Source: a virus | Taxonomy: Duplodnaviria > Caudoviricetes | Strand: one strand, 5' to 3' | DNA length: 25,798 nt | Virus record (IMG/VR): IMGVR_UViG_3300021082_000088 | Coordinates: 1-25,798 of that record | Shown: piece by piece, positions 17,104 through 24,322 of the stretch | Numbering within the stretch: the stretch's first letter is position 1 | Layout: each line of letters opens with the position of its first letter | Notes under the pieces: model-generated | Told to the model about the DNA's origin: nothing | The model's input: the letters and a program-made list of their open reading frames with translations, nothing else | Database searches by the model: none | Position numbers and translations under genes: made by a program

Positions 17104-17198
17104 AGCGCCACCGGCTGACGCTGATGTTCTCGACCGTGATCGTGGCCGGGCTCGCATGCGGGACGCTCGGCCGCCTCGTGGTGGCAGTGGCGGGCTGA
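17100..17198 (+). CDS. 32 aa hydrophobic peptide, below the ORF-track length cutoff
   Basis: MKRHRLTLMFSTVIVAGLACGTLGRLVVAVAG; GTGA overlap and GGAG SD; stop just before the next promoter. Confidence 0.55.
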   Translation: MKRHRLTLMFSTVIVAGLACGTLGRLVVAVAG

Positions 17199-17260
17199 AT
17201 CTTTCAACGAATCGTCGCAACGAGGTTGTGCAACGACGTGCCTCTGCTACACTCACTGGT
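17199..17260 (+). promoter_or_regulatory. repeated leaderless promoter P4
   Basis: TTGTGC-N16-TACACT, TG extension, 7 nt, ATG at 17261; three CAACGA boxes (inverted form of the motif). Confidence 0.75.
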
Positions 17261-17572
17261 ATGACCACCACCTGCACAGTCGTTGTACGGGGCGACGGCG
17301 CCCGCTGCGGCGAGCCCGCCGTCACGAGCTTCACCTCCAGCCGCACGGGCGAGGTCTTCGCCGAGTGCGAGGCGCACCGGTTCGACGTCGCTGTCGGCCC
17401 GGCCATCGGGCCCGCCGTCGAGACGTGCAAGACGCTCGGCATCCCGACCCGCACGACGCAGCCGTTCGCCATCGTGGCCCACGGTCGCATCGTCGGCTAC
17501 GCCGCCGCCATCACCGAGCGCACGCAGCTCCGGGCGCTCCGCCTCGGTGGCCGCATCGTCCCTGTCCGCTGA
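17261..17572 (+). CDS. hypothetical protein with C..C..C..H motif
   Basis: Start set by the promoter; MTTTC. Confidence 0.7.
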   Translation: MTTTCTVVVRGDGARCGEPAVTSFTSSRTGEVFAECEAHRFDVAVGPAIGPAVETCKTLGIPTRTTQPFAIVAHGRIVGYAAAITERTQLRALRLGGRIVPVR

Positions 17573-17610
17573 CCAACCACCACCACCACCACCAAGGAAC
17601 CACCACCATG
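17570..17610 (+). repeat. (CCA)n-AAGGAA leader repeat, copy 2
   Basis: TGACCAACCACCACCACCACCACCAAGGAACCACCACCATG. Confidence 0.85.
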
Positions 17611-18378
17611 ACTGACACCGCAACCAACTTCGAGCTGGACATCCTGCTCGCCAAGGTCGAGAAGATGTGGCGCCGGGCCAACCACCCGAACACGCCGCCC
17701 GCCGAGAAGGCCGTCGCCGAGGCCAAGGCGCTGTCGCTGATGGCGCAGCACCGCATCGAGATGGCGATGCTCAACATCGAGCAGGCCGACGAGCTGGCTG
17801 ACCACGAGTACGGCGTGTTGAAGGGCGCCTACGGGCTCCTCCACGCCAGCCTGATCAACGAGGTCGCCACGGCGTACGACTGCCGTGTGTGGTGGCGCTC
17901 CAGCGGGATGACGTACAACGTGCGCATCAGCGGGTTCCGCTCGGACTTCGAGCGTGTGCGCCGCCTGGCCAACTTCCTCCTCACCGACGCCGTGGCGCAG
18001 TCGTGCGAGTTCAAGTCCCGGTCGATCGCCGTGACCAAGGACTACCGGCGCTCGTTCGTCGCCGGGTACACACAGGAGATCGGCCGCCGCCTGCGGGAGA
18101 GCGTGACGTTCGCTCGGGCCGCCGCCGTGGCGCACGCCGCCGACAACGGCAGCACCGTCGAGGCCGCCGAAGAGCGGGTCGTGGGCGCCGAGCTGGTGCT
18201 CGTGGAGCGCAAGAAGGCCGTCGCCGACTTCATGAAGACCAAGCGCCTGCGCACGGTCGGACACAGCACGGGCCGCAGCTCCAACGGTCGCAGCAACGGC
18301 GCCATCGCCGCACGCAACGCTGACCTCAGCGGTGGCCGCAACCGAGTCGGCGGCGGCACCAAGGCGCTCGGGCGATGA
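17608..18378 (+). CDS. DUF2786-domain protein
   Basis: LAKVEKM..RA.HP.TP..E...A..KA..LMA.H.I; YRRSF..G; C-terminal G..A...ADL. Confidence 0.85.
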   Translation: MTDTATNFELDILLAKVEKMWRRANHPNTPPAEKAVAEAKALSLMAQHRIEMAMLNIEQADELADHEYGVLKGAYGLLHASLINEVATAYDCRVWWRSSGMTYNVRISGFRSDFERVRRLANFLLTDAVAQSCEFKSRSIAVTKDYRRSFVAGYTQEIGRRLRESVTFARAAAVAHAADNGSTVEAAEERVVGAELVLVERKKAVADFMKTKRLRTVGHSTGRSSNGRSNGAIAARNADLSGGRNRVGGGTKALGR

Positions 18379-18887
18379 GAGACATCGCCAAGAGCGTCAG
18401 CTACGGCGCCGAGCAGCATGCGTTCACGCACACGCTGCTCGGCGAGACGCAGGACTTCGCCTCCCTCGTGAGCACCACGAGGGAGGTCGAGGCCACGCCC
18501 GAGTGGCAGGCCGTGTACGGCACCAAGCCGCTCAACCTGATCGCCACCAAGGGCTCGTGCGACTACGCACGGGGCGCCAGCATCATCGCCTACAAGGTGC
18601 TCGGATCGTGGCGGTTCGCAGTGCCGCACGAGCTGGCCCACATCATCACCGACGACCGCCACGGCCCGCAGTGGCGGGCCCGCTACGTGTGGCTCGTGCG
18701 CCTGATGTACGGCAACGAGTACGCCGAGGCACTGCTCGCCGGGTTCGCCAGCAGCAAGCTCGCCGTCGAGGTGCTGCCGCTCGCACGCACCACGCCGCTG
18801 CTGCCGCCCGAGCTGTTCGACGCTCAGGTCGGTGGCCCGCTGATCGCTCAGCGCCCCGAGGCGCCTCGTGGAGCAATCGCACTGTAG
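18375..18887 (+). CDS. HExxH putative metallohydrolase (TIGR04338/Rv0185-like)
   Basis: HELAHII..D.HGPQW; coupled to the DUF2786 gene by ATGA. Confidence 0.7.
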   Translation: MRDIAKSVSYGAEQHAFTHTLLGETQDFASLVSTTREVEATPEWQAVYGTKPLNLIATKGSCDYARGASIIAYKVLGSWRFAVPHELAHIITDDRHGPQWRARYVWLVRLMYGNEYAEALLAGFASSKLAVEVLPLARTTPLLPPELFDAQVGGPLIAQRPEAPRGAIAL

Positions 18888-18926
18888 ACGTTGTACATCG
18901 TTGAACGACCTGCTACCATCACTCCC
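18887..18926 (+). promoter_or_regulatory. repeated leaderless promoter P5
   Basis: TTGTAC-N17 (CGTTGAA)-TACCAT, TG extension, 7 nt, ATG at 18927. Confidence 0.82.
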
Positions 18927-19148
18927 ATGACCCGCAACCAGAAGCGCAACCTCGCCAACCTCGTGCTGGCCCACGGCTACGACAACCTCAACGAGTTCTG
19001 GACCGAGCTGACCAATCAGGTCGAGCGGGCCGAGGACGACCCCAACCAGGGCAGCGGCGACATGTACCCGAGCTACGAAGAGGCCAAGCCGGTGCTGTTC
19101 GCCTGGCACGTCCGCATGATCGAGATCGCCGATCAGGTGACGGCATGA
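18927..19148 (+). CDS. hypothetical protein
   Basis: Start set by the promoter. Confidence 0.7.
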   Translation: MTRNQKRNLANLVLAHGYDNLNEFWTELTNQVERAEDDPNQGSGDMYPSYEEAKPVLFAWHVRMIEIADQVTA

Positions 19149-19351
19149 GCGCCCAGTGCATCGAGATGGTCTCCAGCCGTGTGAGCCGGGGGATCATGGG
19201 CAAGGGCACCGAGTCGTTCACCAACGGCCCGCTGCACCAGTGCCCACGTAGCGCCGTCGAGGACAGCCTCTACTGCGCACAGCACAAGCTCATCCGGGCC
19301 CGCATGGCCGCCACGGTCGCCGCCCGCCGGGCCGCCCGGGCCCAGTCCTGA
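19145..19351 (+). CDS. small C..C..C..H protein with an AARRAARAQS tail
   Basis: ATGA overlap; QC.R.A...YCAQH. Confidence 0.7.
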   Translation: MSAQCIEMVSSRVSRGIMGKGTESFTNGPLHQCPRSAVEDSLYCAQHKLIRARMAATVAARRAARAQS

Positions 19352-19386
19352 CCAACCACCACCCAACGAAGGAACCACCAACCATG
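19349..19386 (+). repeat. (CCA)n-AAGGAA leader repeat, copy 3
   Basis: TGACCAACCACCACCCAACGAAGGAACCACCAACCATG. Confidence 0.8.
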
Positions 19387-19974
19387 TCACGCATCAACTA
19401 CGTCGCCTCGGCCCGCAAGCGCAAGGACGGCAAGGCGCCGCACGAGTGCTACGACTGCGACCAGCCCATCATCGAGGGCCAGTCGTACGCCTGGGCCCAG
19501 CCCAGCCGCTACAGCGCCCGCATCAATTGGCACTCGACGTGCAAGGCGCCGCCGCCGTCACGCCTGGAGGCCAACGAGAAGCGCTCCACCGCCATGGCTG
19601 CGTTCGAGAACGGCTACGACGCCATCGATCTGCTGCGCAACGAGGACGACCGTGGCACCGACTTCGACCCCGAGGCGTTCGTGGAGCGCATCAAGGACGA
19701 GGTGCTCAACGTCGTCGGCGAGGGCGTGCGTGAGGCCGCCGAGCTGTGGCGTGAGAGCGCCACCAACATCGAGGACGGGTTCGGTCATCCGACGTCCATG
19801 TCCGAGGAGTTCGAGGGGTACGCCGACGATGTCGACGGGGTCGCCGACGAGGTCGAGGGCATCGAGCCCGAGGAGTACGACGCTGAGCAGTACAACGACG
19901 TGGACGAGTGGATCGACGCCACGCTCGACAGCGTCGTGGACGAGCTGGGCTCCATTGAGGGCAATCTGCCCTGA
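19384..19974 (+). CDS. protein with a basic zinc-binding N-terminus and a very acidic helical C-terminus
   Basis: ARK..CYDC..I..G.SY..H..C; D/E-rich second half. Confidence 0.8.
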   Translation: MSRINYVASARKRKDGKAPHECYDCDQPIIEGQSYAWAQPSRYSARINWHSTCKAPPPSRLEANEKRSTAMAAFENGYDAIDLLRNEDDRGTDFDPEAFVERIKDEVLNVVGEGVREAAELWRESATNIEDGFGHPTSMSEEFEGYADDVDGVADEVEGIEPEEYDAEQYNDVDEWIDATLDSVVDELGSIEGNLP

Positions 19975-20013
19975 GTTGTTGAACGACGCTGAACGACTGC
20001 TACCATCATCACC
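19975..20013 (+). promoter_or_regulatory. repeated leaderless promoter P6
   Basis: TTGAAC-N16 (CGCTGAA)-TACCAT, TG extension, 7 nt, ATG at 20014. Confidence 0.8.
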
Positions 20014-20442
20014 ATGACCACCATCACCACCACCGAGATCTTCGCCGACGCCAACGTCGCCGGAGGCTGGACCGAGCACGACACCGTCGCCCGTCGCATC
20101 TGCACGGCGCTGTGGAAGGCGACCGGCGCCTTCGGCCGGATTACCAACTACCACAGCGACGTCGTGATCGACTGCCTGACGATCCAGTCCATGGTCGCCG
20201 CCATGGAGCCCGGCACGAGCGTCGACTTCACGTACGTCGTGGGCGTCAACGGCACGCACCTGTGGCAGGGCGTCAACGCCTTCCGCTCGGAGCATGTGCT
20301 CGGCGACGACCGTGGCGGCAACACCGGCCGGTTCACGGTCTCCCTGACCCGCTCGGACCTGCAGACCACCGAGTACGGGCAGACGTGGGGCGCCGACAAG
20401 TACGGGCTGACCATCTCCGAGATCACCCTCCCCGCCGCCTGA
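20014..20442 (+). CDS. hypothetical protein
   Basis: Start set by the promoter; MTTITTT. Confidence 0.75.
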   Translation: MTTITTTEIFADANVAGGWTEHDTVARRICTALWKATGAFGRITNYHSDVVIDCLTIQSMVAAMEPGTSVDFTYVVGVNGTHLWQGVNAFRSEHVLGDDRGGNTGRFTVSLTRSDLQTTEYGQTWGADKYGLTISEITLPAA

Positions 20443-20477
20443 GCAACCCTGTTACACCCTTCAACGATACTGAAAGC

Positions 20478-20864
20478 ATGACAACGAACATGAGCACCAC
20501 CCGCACCACCGCCGCCGAGCGTCTCGCCGACGAGATCCTCGCCGCCAAGGCTGAGCTGGCCCAGCAAGAGGCCGCCTGCAAGGAGCTGCAGAAGGCACTC
20601 CTCGCCCTCGCCCCCGTCGGCACGGTCATCGTGCGTGACGCAGGCAAGGTCACCGTGACCGAGCGTGTCGACCTCATCGCTGATGTCGACGTGCTCCAGG
20701 GCGTCGCCAGCCGCTCGCTCTTCAAGAGCCTCACCAAGGTCGTCTTCGACGTGGCCAGCTACCGGGCGCTCGTGCAGCTCGGCAAGTCCACGCCGGAGGT
20801 CGACGCCGTGATCGGGGAGAAGGTGAGCGCACCGTTCCTGGTGACCACGGTCGCCAAGAAGTGA
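20478..20864 (+). CDS. coiled-coil hypothetical protein, weak Gam/Gp157-like layout (start 20478 or 20490)
   Basis: N-terminal coiled coil followed by GKVTV...TK..FD..ALV..G; upstream TTCAACG and a weak GATACT. Confidence 0.6.
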   Translation: MTTNMSTTRTTAAERLADEILAAKAELAQQEAACKELQKALLALAPVGTVIVRDAGKVTVTERVDLIADVDVLQGVASRSLFKSLTKVVFDVASYRALVQLGKSTPEVDAVIGEKVSAPFLVTTVAKK

Positions 20865-21517
20865 CGACCGAGGAGGAGCGTTTCTACGGCCGGGCCAACT
20901 CGGCCGTAGACACGATCGAACTCATCGTCATCCTGATGGGTTTGGTCGCAGTGATTTGGTGGATCATCCAGCTGTTCATCCACATCCCGCTGCGCTCGAA
21001 GATCGCCATGGTCGGCATCGTTTGCTGCATCGTCTGGTACTTCGCAGAACAAGAGGTACCGAGCTACGCCAACAGCTACACCTCCCACACCTCGGGCGGG
21101 CAGAACGCTGCCGTAGCCATCGGGTCTCTGCTCACCATCGGAGTGTTCATCGAGATCTGTGTCGGCATGATCCAGCTCCAGCGTTGGAAGGCGGCGCAAG
21201 TGCCGCCGCCCGCCGATGACTCGTGGTACACGAGCCCATCACCAGCTCCTCGGCCCACACCGCCAGCACCGCCAGCGCCCACGCAGACCCGTGTAGAACG
21301 CTCTGTGCGGGTCGTACGGGCCACGAGTGCTACAACGACGCACCACGACTCTCAGGCGCCTGTAGCGGCCCTGGAGAGCCCTCACAAGGACGTTGCGCCG
21401 AGCACCGACCTAGTGGTGGTCAGGCAGAGCCACCGCCCAACACTGTGGACCGAGGACCACGGCAGCTACACCTCGAAGGACCGCCGGAGCTTCGATCGGG
21501 ACATAGGTCCGGTATGA
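20861..21517 (+). CDS. membrane protein, about 3 TM segments plus a Pro-rich tail
   Basis: Hydrophobic stretches LIVILMGLVAVIWWIIQLFI, IAMVGIVCCIVWYF, AVAIGSLLTIGVFIEICVGMI. Confidence 0.7.
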   Translation: MTTEEERFYGRANSAVDTIELIVILMGLVAVIWWIIQLFIHIPLRSKIAMVGIVCCIVWYFAEQEVPSYANSYTSHTSGGQNAAVAIGSLLTIGVFIEICVGMIQLQRWKAAQVPPPADDSWYTSPSPAPRPTPPAPPAPTQTRVERSVRVVRATSATTTHHDSQAPVAALESPHKDVAPSTDLVVVRQSHRPTLWTEDHGSYTSKDRRSFDRDIGPV

Positions 21518-21547
21518 CGTTGAACCAACCGTGGTACGGTAGCTACC
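21516..21547 (+). promoter_or_regulatory. leaderless promoter P7 of the MerR-type regulator
   Basis: GACGTTGAAC box, TGG-TACGGT, 7 nt, GTG at 21548; no good TTG -35 at normal spacing. Confidence 0.65.
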
Positions 21548-21970
21548 GTGAGTTACAGCGCTCCAGATGCAGCCCGCATCGCTGGCATCAGCTACCGCCA
21601 GCTCGACTACTGGTCGAGGACGAACCTGATCCATGCGACGATCGAGGCCAACGGCAGTGGCACACGCCGTGCGTACGCCTACCGGGATCTCATAGAGCTG
21701 CGCATCGTCAAGGCGATGCTGGATGCTGGGATCTACCTGCAGGCTGCCCGCAAGGTGATGAGTGTGATCCACGCCTACCCGGACCTCGACTTCACCAACC
21801 TCACGCTGGTGATGTCCGAGGACACGGTGCGACTGTGCGACCAGTCCGAGCTGGTCGAGATCGTGCGCACCGAGCAGACGATGATCAACGTGCTCCCGCT
21901 CGGCGGGATCATGGAGGGTCTCGACAACGCTCTGCACGATCGTGTACTCGTGGACGTTGCACATCGTTGA
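21548..21970 (+). CDS. MerR-family HTH regulator, actinobacterial Rv1830-like
   Basis: AARIAGISYRQLDYW.RT.LI...ANGSGTRR.Y...DL..L.IVK.MLDAGI. Confidence 0.9.
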   Translation: MSYSAPDAARIAGISYRQLDYWSRTNLIHATIEANGSGTRRAYAYRDLIELRIVKAMLDAGIYLQAARKVMSVIHAYPDLDFTNLTLVMSEDTVRLCDQSELVEIVRTEQTMINVLPLGGIMEGLDNALHDRVLVDVAHR

Positions 21971-21993
21971 ATGATGCTGCTATCATTGGCAGC
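21953..21993 (+). promoter_or_regulatory. repeated leaderless promoter P8 (overlaps the MerR 3' end)
   Basis: TTGCAC-N18 (CGTTGAA)-TATCAT, TG extension, 7 nt, ATG at 21994. Confidence 0.82.
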
Positions 21994-22296
21994 ATGACCA
22001 CCACGACGATCACGGTTCGCTCCGAGCGGACCTTCAACGGCCACGGCACCCTGCGCCCGTTCTCCACGAAGTACTTCTTCGCCAACCCCTACTTCTTCGC
22101 CAACCCCAACTTCGACGCCGAGGCTCCCCGCCTCCTCGACCAGGCGTTCAACCCCGCCGCCGTTCGTGAGTTCGGTGGCTGCAGCCGGGACGCCGCCCTT
22201 GCCCTCATCCGCAAGGTCTACGCCGGGAACGGCACCATCACGGTCGCCTGGGATGACCGTGGCCCGCAGGCCGTCCGCACCTACGAGGTGAAGTGA
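21994..22296 (+). CDS. hypothetical protein with an internal YFFANP duplication
   Basis: Start set by the promoter; MTTTTI. Confidence 0.7.
   Translation: MTTTTITVRSERTFNGHGTLRPFSTKYFFANPYFFANPNFDAEAPRLLDQAFNPAAVREFGGCSRDAALALIRKVYAGNGTITVAWDDRGPQAVRTYEVK
22072..22107 (+). repeat. exact 18 bp in-frame tandem duplication
   Basis: TACTTCTTCGCCAACCCC twice. Confidence 0.9.
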
Positions 22297-22667
22297 TGGC
22301 CACCCAGCGCACCCAGGCCCAGGCGCCCGACGGGTTCCGCTACGTCACGGCCACCCGTGAGGAGAACGCCGAGTGGCGTGCCAAGCACAAGCGCCACACG
22401 TCGCAGTACAGGCTCGTGTGCACCGCATGCGGCAAGCGCATTTGGGGCTCGGGGCTCGGCATCGGCGCCCACCGCCGTGCCTGCCCCGGCCACCCGGTCG
22501 AGGTGGCGCCGGTCGCCGTCGAGGTGACCAGTGCGCAGATCTGGAACGTGCTGCTGGCCATCGAGGCCATCGACCCCGAGCTGACGAACGCAGCCTGCCG
22601 GTCAGCGTTCGACACGCTGTCGGCGGAGCACGCACGCCTGCGTCTCACGGTCGAGGTGGCGTCATGA
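22293..22667 (+). CDS. C2HC zinc-finger-like hypothetical protein (start 22293 or 22296)
   Basis: CTACGKR...HRRAC; GAGGTG SD. Confidence 0.7.
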   Translation: MMATQRTQAQAPDGFRYVTATREENAEWRAKHKRHTSQYRLVCTACGKRIWGSGLGIGAHRRACPGHPVEVAPVAVEVTSAQIWNVLLAIEAIDPELTNAACRSAFDTLSAEHARLRLTVEVAS

Positions 22668-22909
22668 GCGACGTCGCCACCCGCCCGCTGTACGAGATCG
22701 CCGCCGAGATCACCGCCGACTGGAAGCCGGTGTGGTTCGGTGCGGTGCCCTACGTCGAGGCGATGGGCTGCCTCACCTCGCTCGACCAGATGTACGGCAT
22801 GGAGTCCGGGCGCATCATCGTGAGCTACTTCCTCAGCAACGCCAAGCTCTGGCGTGGGGACGTGGCCAAGCGTGTCAAGCGTGAGCTGCGAGCGCTGCTC
22901 GATGCCTGA
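22664..22909 (+). CDS. small conserved-looking phage protein (RPLYEIA..DW..FGA.PY..YFLSNA..WRG)
   Basis: ATGA overlap, GAGGTG SD. Confidence 0.8.
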   Translation: MSDVATRPLYEIAAEITADWKPVWFGAVPYVEAMGCLTSLDQMYGMESGRIIVSYFLSNAKLWRGDVAKRVKRELRALLDA

Positions 22910-22961
22910 GAATCTCTCAACGACGTTGCGTGATGGCGATGTGCCTGCTACCATCACTGGT
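22910..22961 (+). promoter_or_regulatory. repeated leaderless promoter P9
   Basis: CAACG-A-CGTTG palindrome over TTGCGT-N17-TACCAT, 7 nt, GTG at 22962. Confidence 0.8.
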
Positions 22962-23219
22962 GTGACCACCACCTACAACGGCTACCCGCTCGGCTCGATG
23001 CGCCTCGGCGTGAACGAGATCGCCGACCCGATCGACCGCATCCTGCACCGCCTGATCAGGATCTCCAACAACGCCAACCAGTCGCTGGCGACCGCTGAGG
23101 CTCGCAACGCCGAGTGCCCGTGCATGCGCCACGGCAACACGGTCCACAAGCTCAGCAAGGAGGCTGCCGCCAGCCTCGCCGAGCTGGAGGCTCTGCAGCT
23201 GATCGTGGGTGCGAAGTGA
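22962..23219 (+). CDS. hypothetical protein
   Basis: Start set by the promoter; MTTTY. Confidence 0.7.
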   Translation: MTTTYNGYPLGSMRLGVNEIADPIDRILHRLIRISNNANQSLATAEARNAECPCMRHGNTVHKLSKEAAASLAELEALQLIVGAK

Positions 23220-23578
23220 GCACCACCTGGACGCCCGTCTGCGGCACCTGCTACGACACGCACACGATCGACCAGGGCGGCGCCGAGATCGCCTGCCCCG
23301 ACTGCGCCAGCCACGGCGTCATCACGATCAAGGTCAGCAAGCTCAGCCACGGGCTCGGCGGCTACGGCGACCGGTACGAGACCTCCACGGTGTGGACCGA
23401 CGGCTCGATCACGTTCGTCGGCACGCCCGGCCAGATCGCTGCCGACGTGCGTCGGGTGCGTGCGATCGCCGAGGGCGCTGCTCGCCTCAACGGCCGCAAG
23501 GGCCGCAACGCCTACAGCTCGTGGGCCATCTCCATCCAGAAGCACGTTCTCAACGCATTGCGCAACGACGTTGCGTGA
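23216..23578 (+). CDS. hypothetical protein with an N-terminal CxxC..CxxC
   Basis: GTGA overlap; CGTC...CPDC. Confidence 0.7.
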   Translation: MSTTWTPVCGTCYDTHTIDQGGAEIACPDCASHGVITIKVSKLSHGLGGYGDRYETSTVWTDGSITFVGTPGQIAADVRRVRAIAEGAARLNGRKGRNAYSSWAISIQKHVLNALRNDVA

Positions 23579-23606
23579 TGCTGGGTACGCTGCTACCATC
23601 ACTACC
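23561..23606 (+). promoter_or_regulatory. repeated leaderless promoter P10
   Basis: CGCAACG-A-CGTTGCG palindrome, TTGCGT-N17-TACCAT, 7 nt, ATG at 23607; shares 18 bp exactly with P9. Confidence 0.8.
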
Positions 23607-23789
23607 ATGACCACCTACACCACCGCCGACTTCGACAACCGCCGTTGCGACACCTCGCTCGTCGGCCCCGAGGGCCAGCGTCGCCTGTGCCTGGCGCTCC
23701 CGGTCGCTGGCAGCAGCACCGACCAGACCGGCATCTTCCACGGCATCTGCGCCGTCGGCCACGACTTCGAGCTGGACCTGCGGGACTGA
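23607..23789 (+). CDS. 60 aa C..C..C..H protein
   Basis: Start set by the promoter; MTTYTT. Confidence 0.65.
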   Translation: MTTYTTADFDNRRCDTSLVGPEGQRRLCLALPVAGSSTDQTGIFHGICAVGHDFELDLRD

Positions 23790-23802
23790 CCGCCACTTCG
23801 CC

Positions 23803-23840
23803 TGACCAACCACCACCACCAAGGAACCACCACCACCATG
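23803..23840 (+). repeat. (CCA)n-AAGGAA leader repeat, copy 4
   Basis: TGACCAACCACCACCACCAAGGAACCACCACCACCATG. Confidence 0.85.
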
Positions 23841-24050
23841 AGCACCATCATCAACAGGACCGGCGAGCGCATCGCCGACGTCCGCTCCGACGCCGAGGCC
23901 GTTCGCTGGTTCCTCGACAACGGTCGCAAGGGCGATCGCCTCGAAGACACGGGCGAGCCGCTCGCTGACATCGCCGCTCTCATCTTCGAGGACGCCGAGT
24001 TCCACTACGACGGCAACGGCAAGGTCGTCACCACGGTGCACCCGTCATGA
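23838..24050 (+). CDS. hypothetical protein
   Basis: ATG after the leader repeat. Confidence 0.7.
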   Translation: MSTIINRTGERIADVRSDAEAVRWFLDNGRKGDRLEDTGEPLADIAALIFEDAEFHYDGNGKVVTTVHPS

Positions 24051-24322
24051 GCACCCACACCACCGAGGTCGTCGTGCCCACCGGCACGCCGGTCACGAAC
24101 ACCGACGAGTTCCAGGCCCGTTGCTCGTGTGGCTGGCACGGCACCATCTGGCAGAGCCGCAGTCTCGCTCAGGCGAGCGCCAACGGCCACTACGTCTTCC
24201 CCGAGATGGTGGTGAAGTCATGCAATTGGGTGCGCAACAACGGCGTCGTCTGTGAGCGTCCGACCTGGCTCGGCTACGAGCAGTGTCGGGCGCACCTCGA
24301 CAGTGGTGAGGTGCAGTCATGA
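24047..24322 (+). CDS. small zinc-binding hypothetical protein
   Basis: ARCSCGW...H and C..C..C.AH; ATGA overlap. Confidence 0.65.
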   Translation: MSTHTTEVVVPTGTPVTNTDEFQARCSCGWHGTIWQSRSLAQASANGHYVFPEMVVKSCNWVRNNGVVCERPTWLGYEQCRAHLDSGEVQS

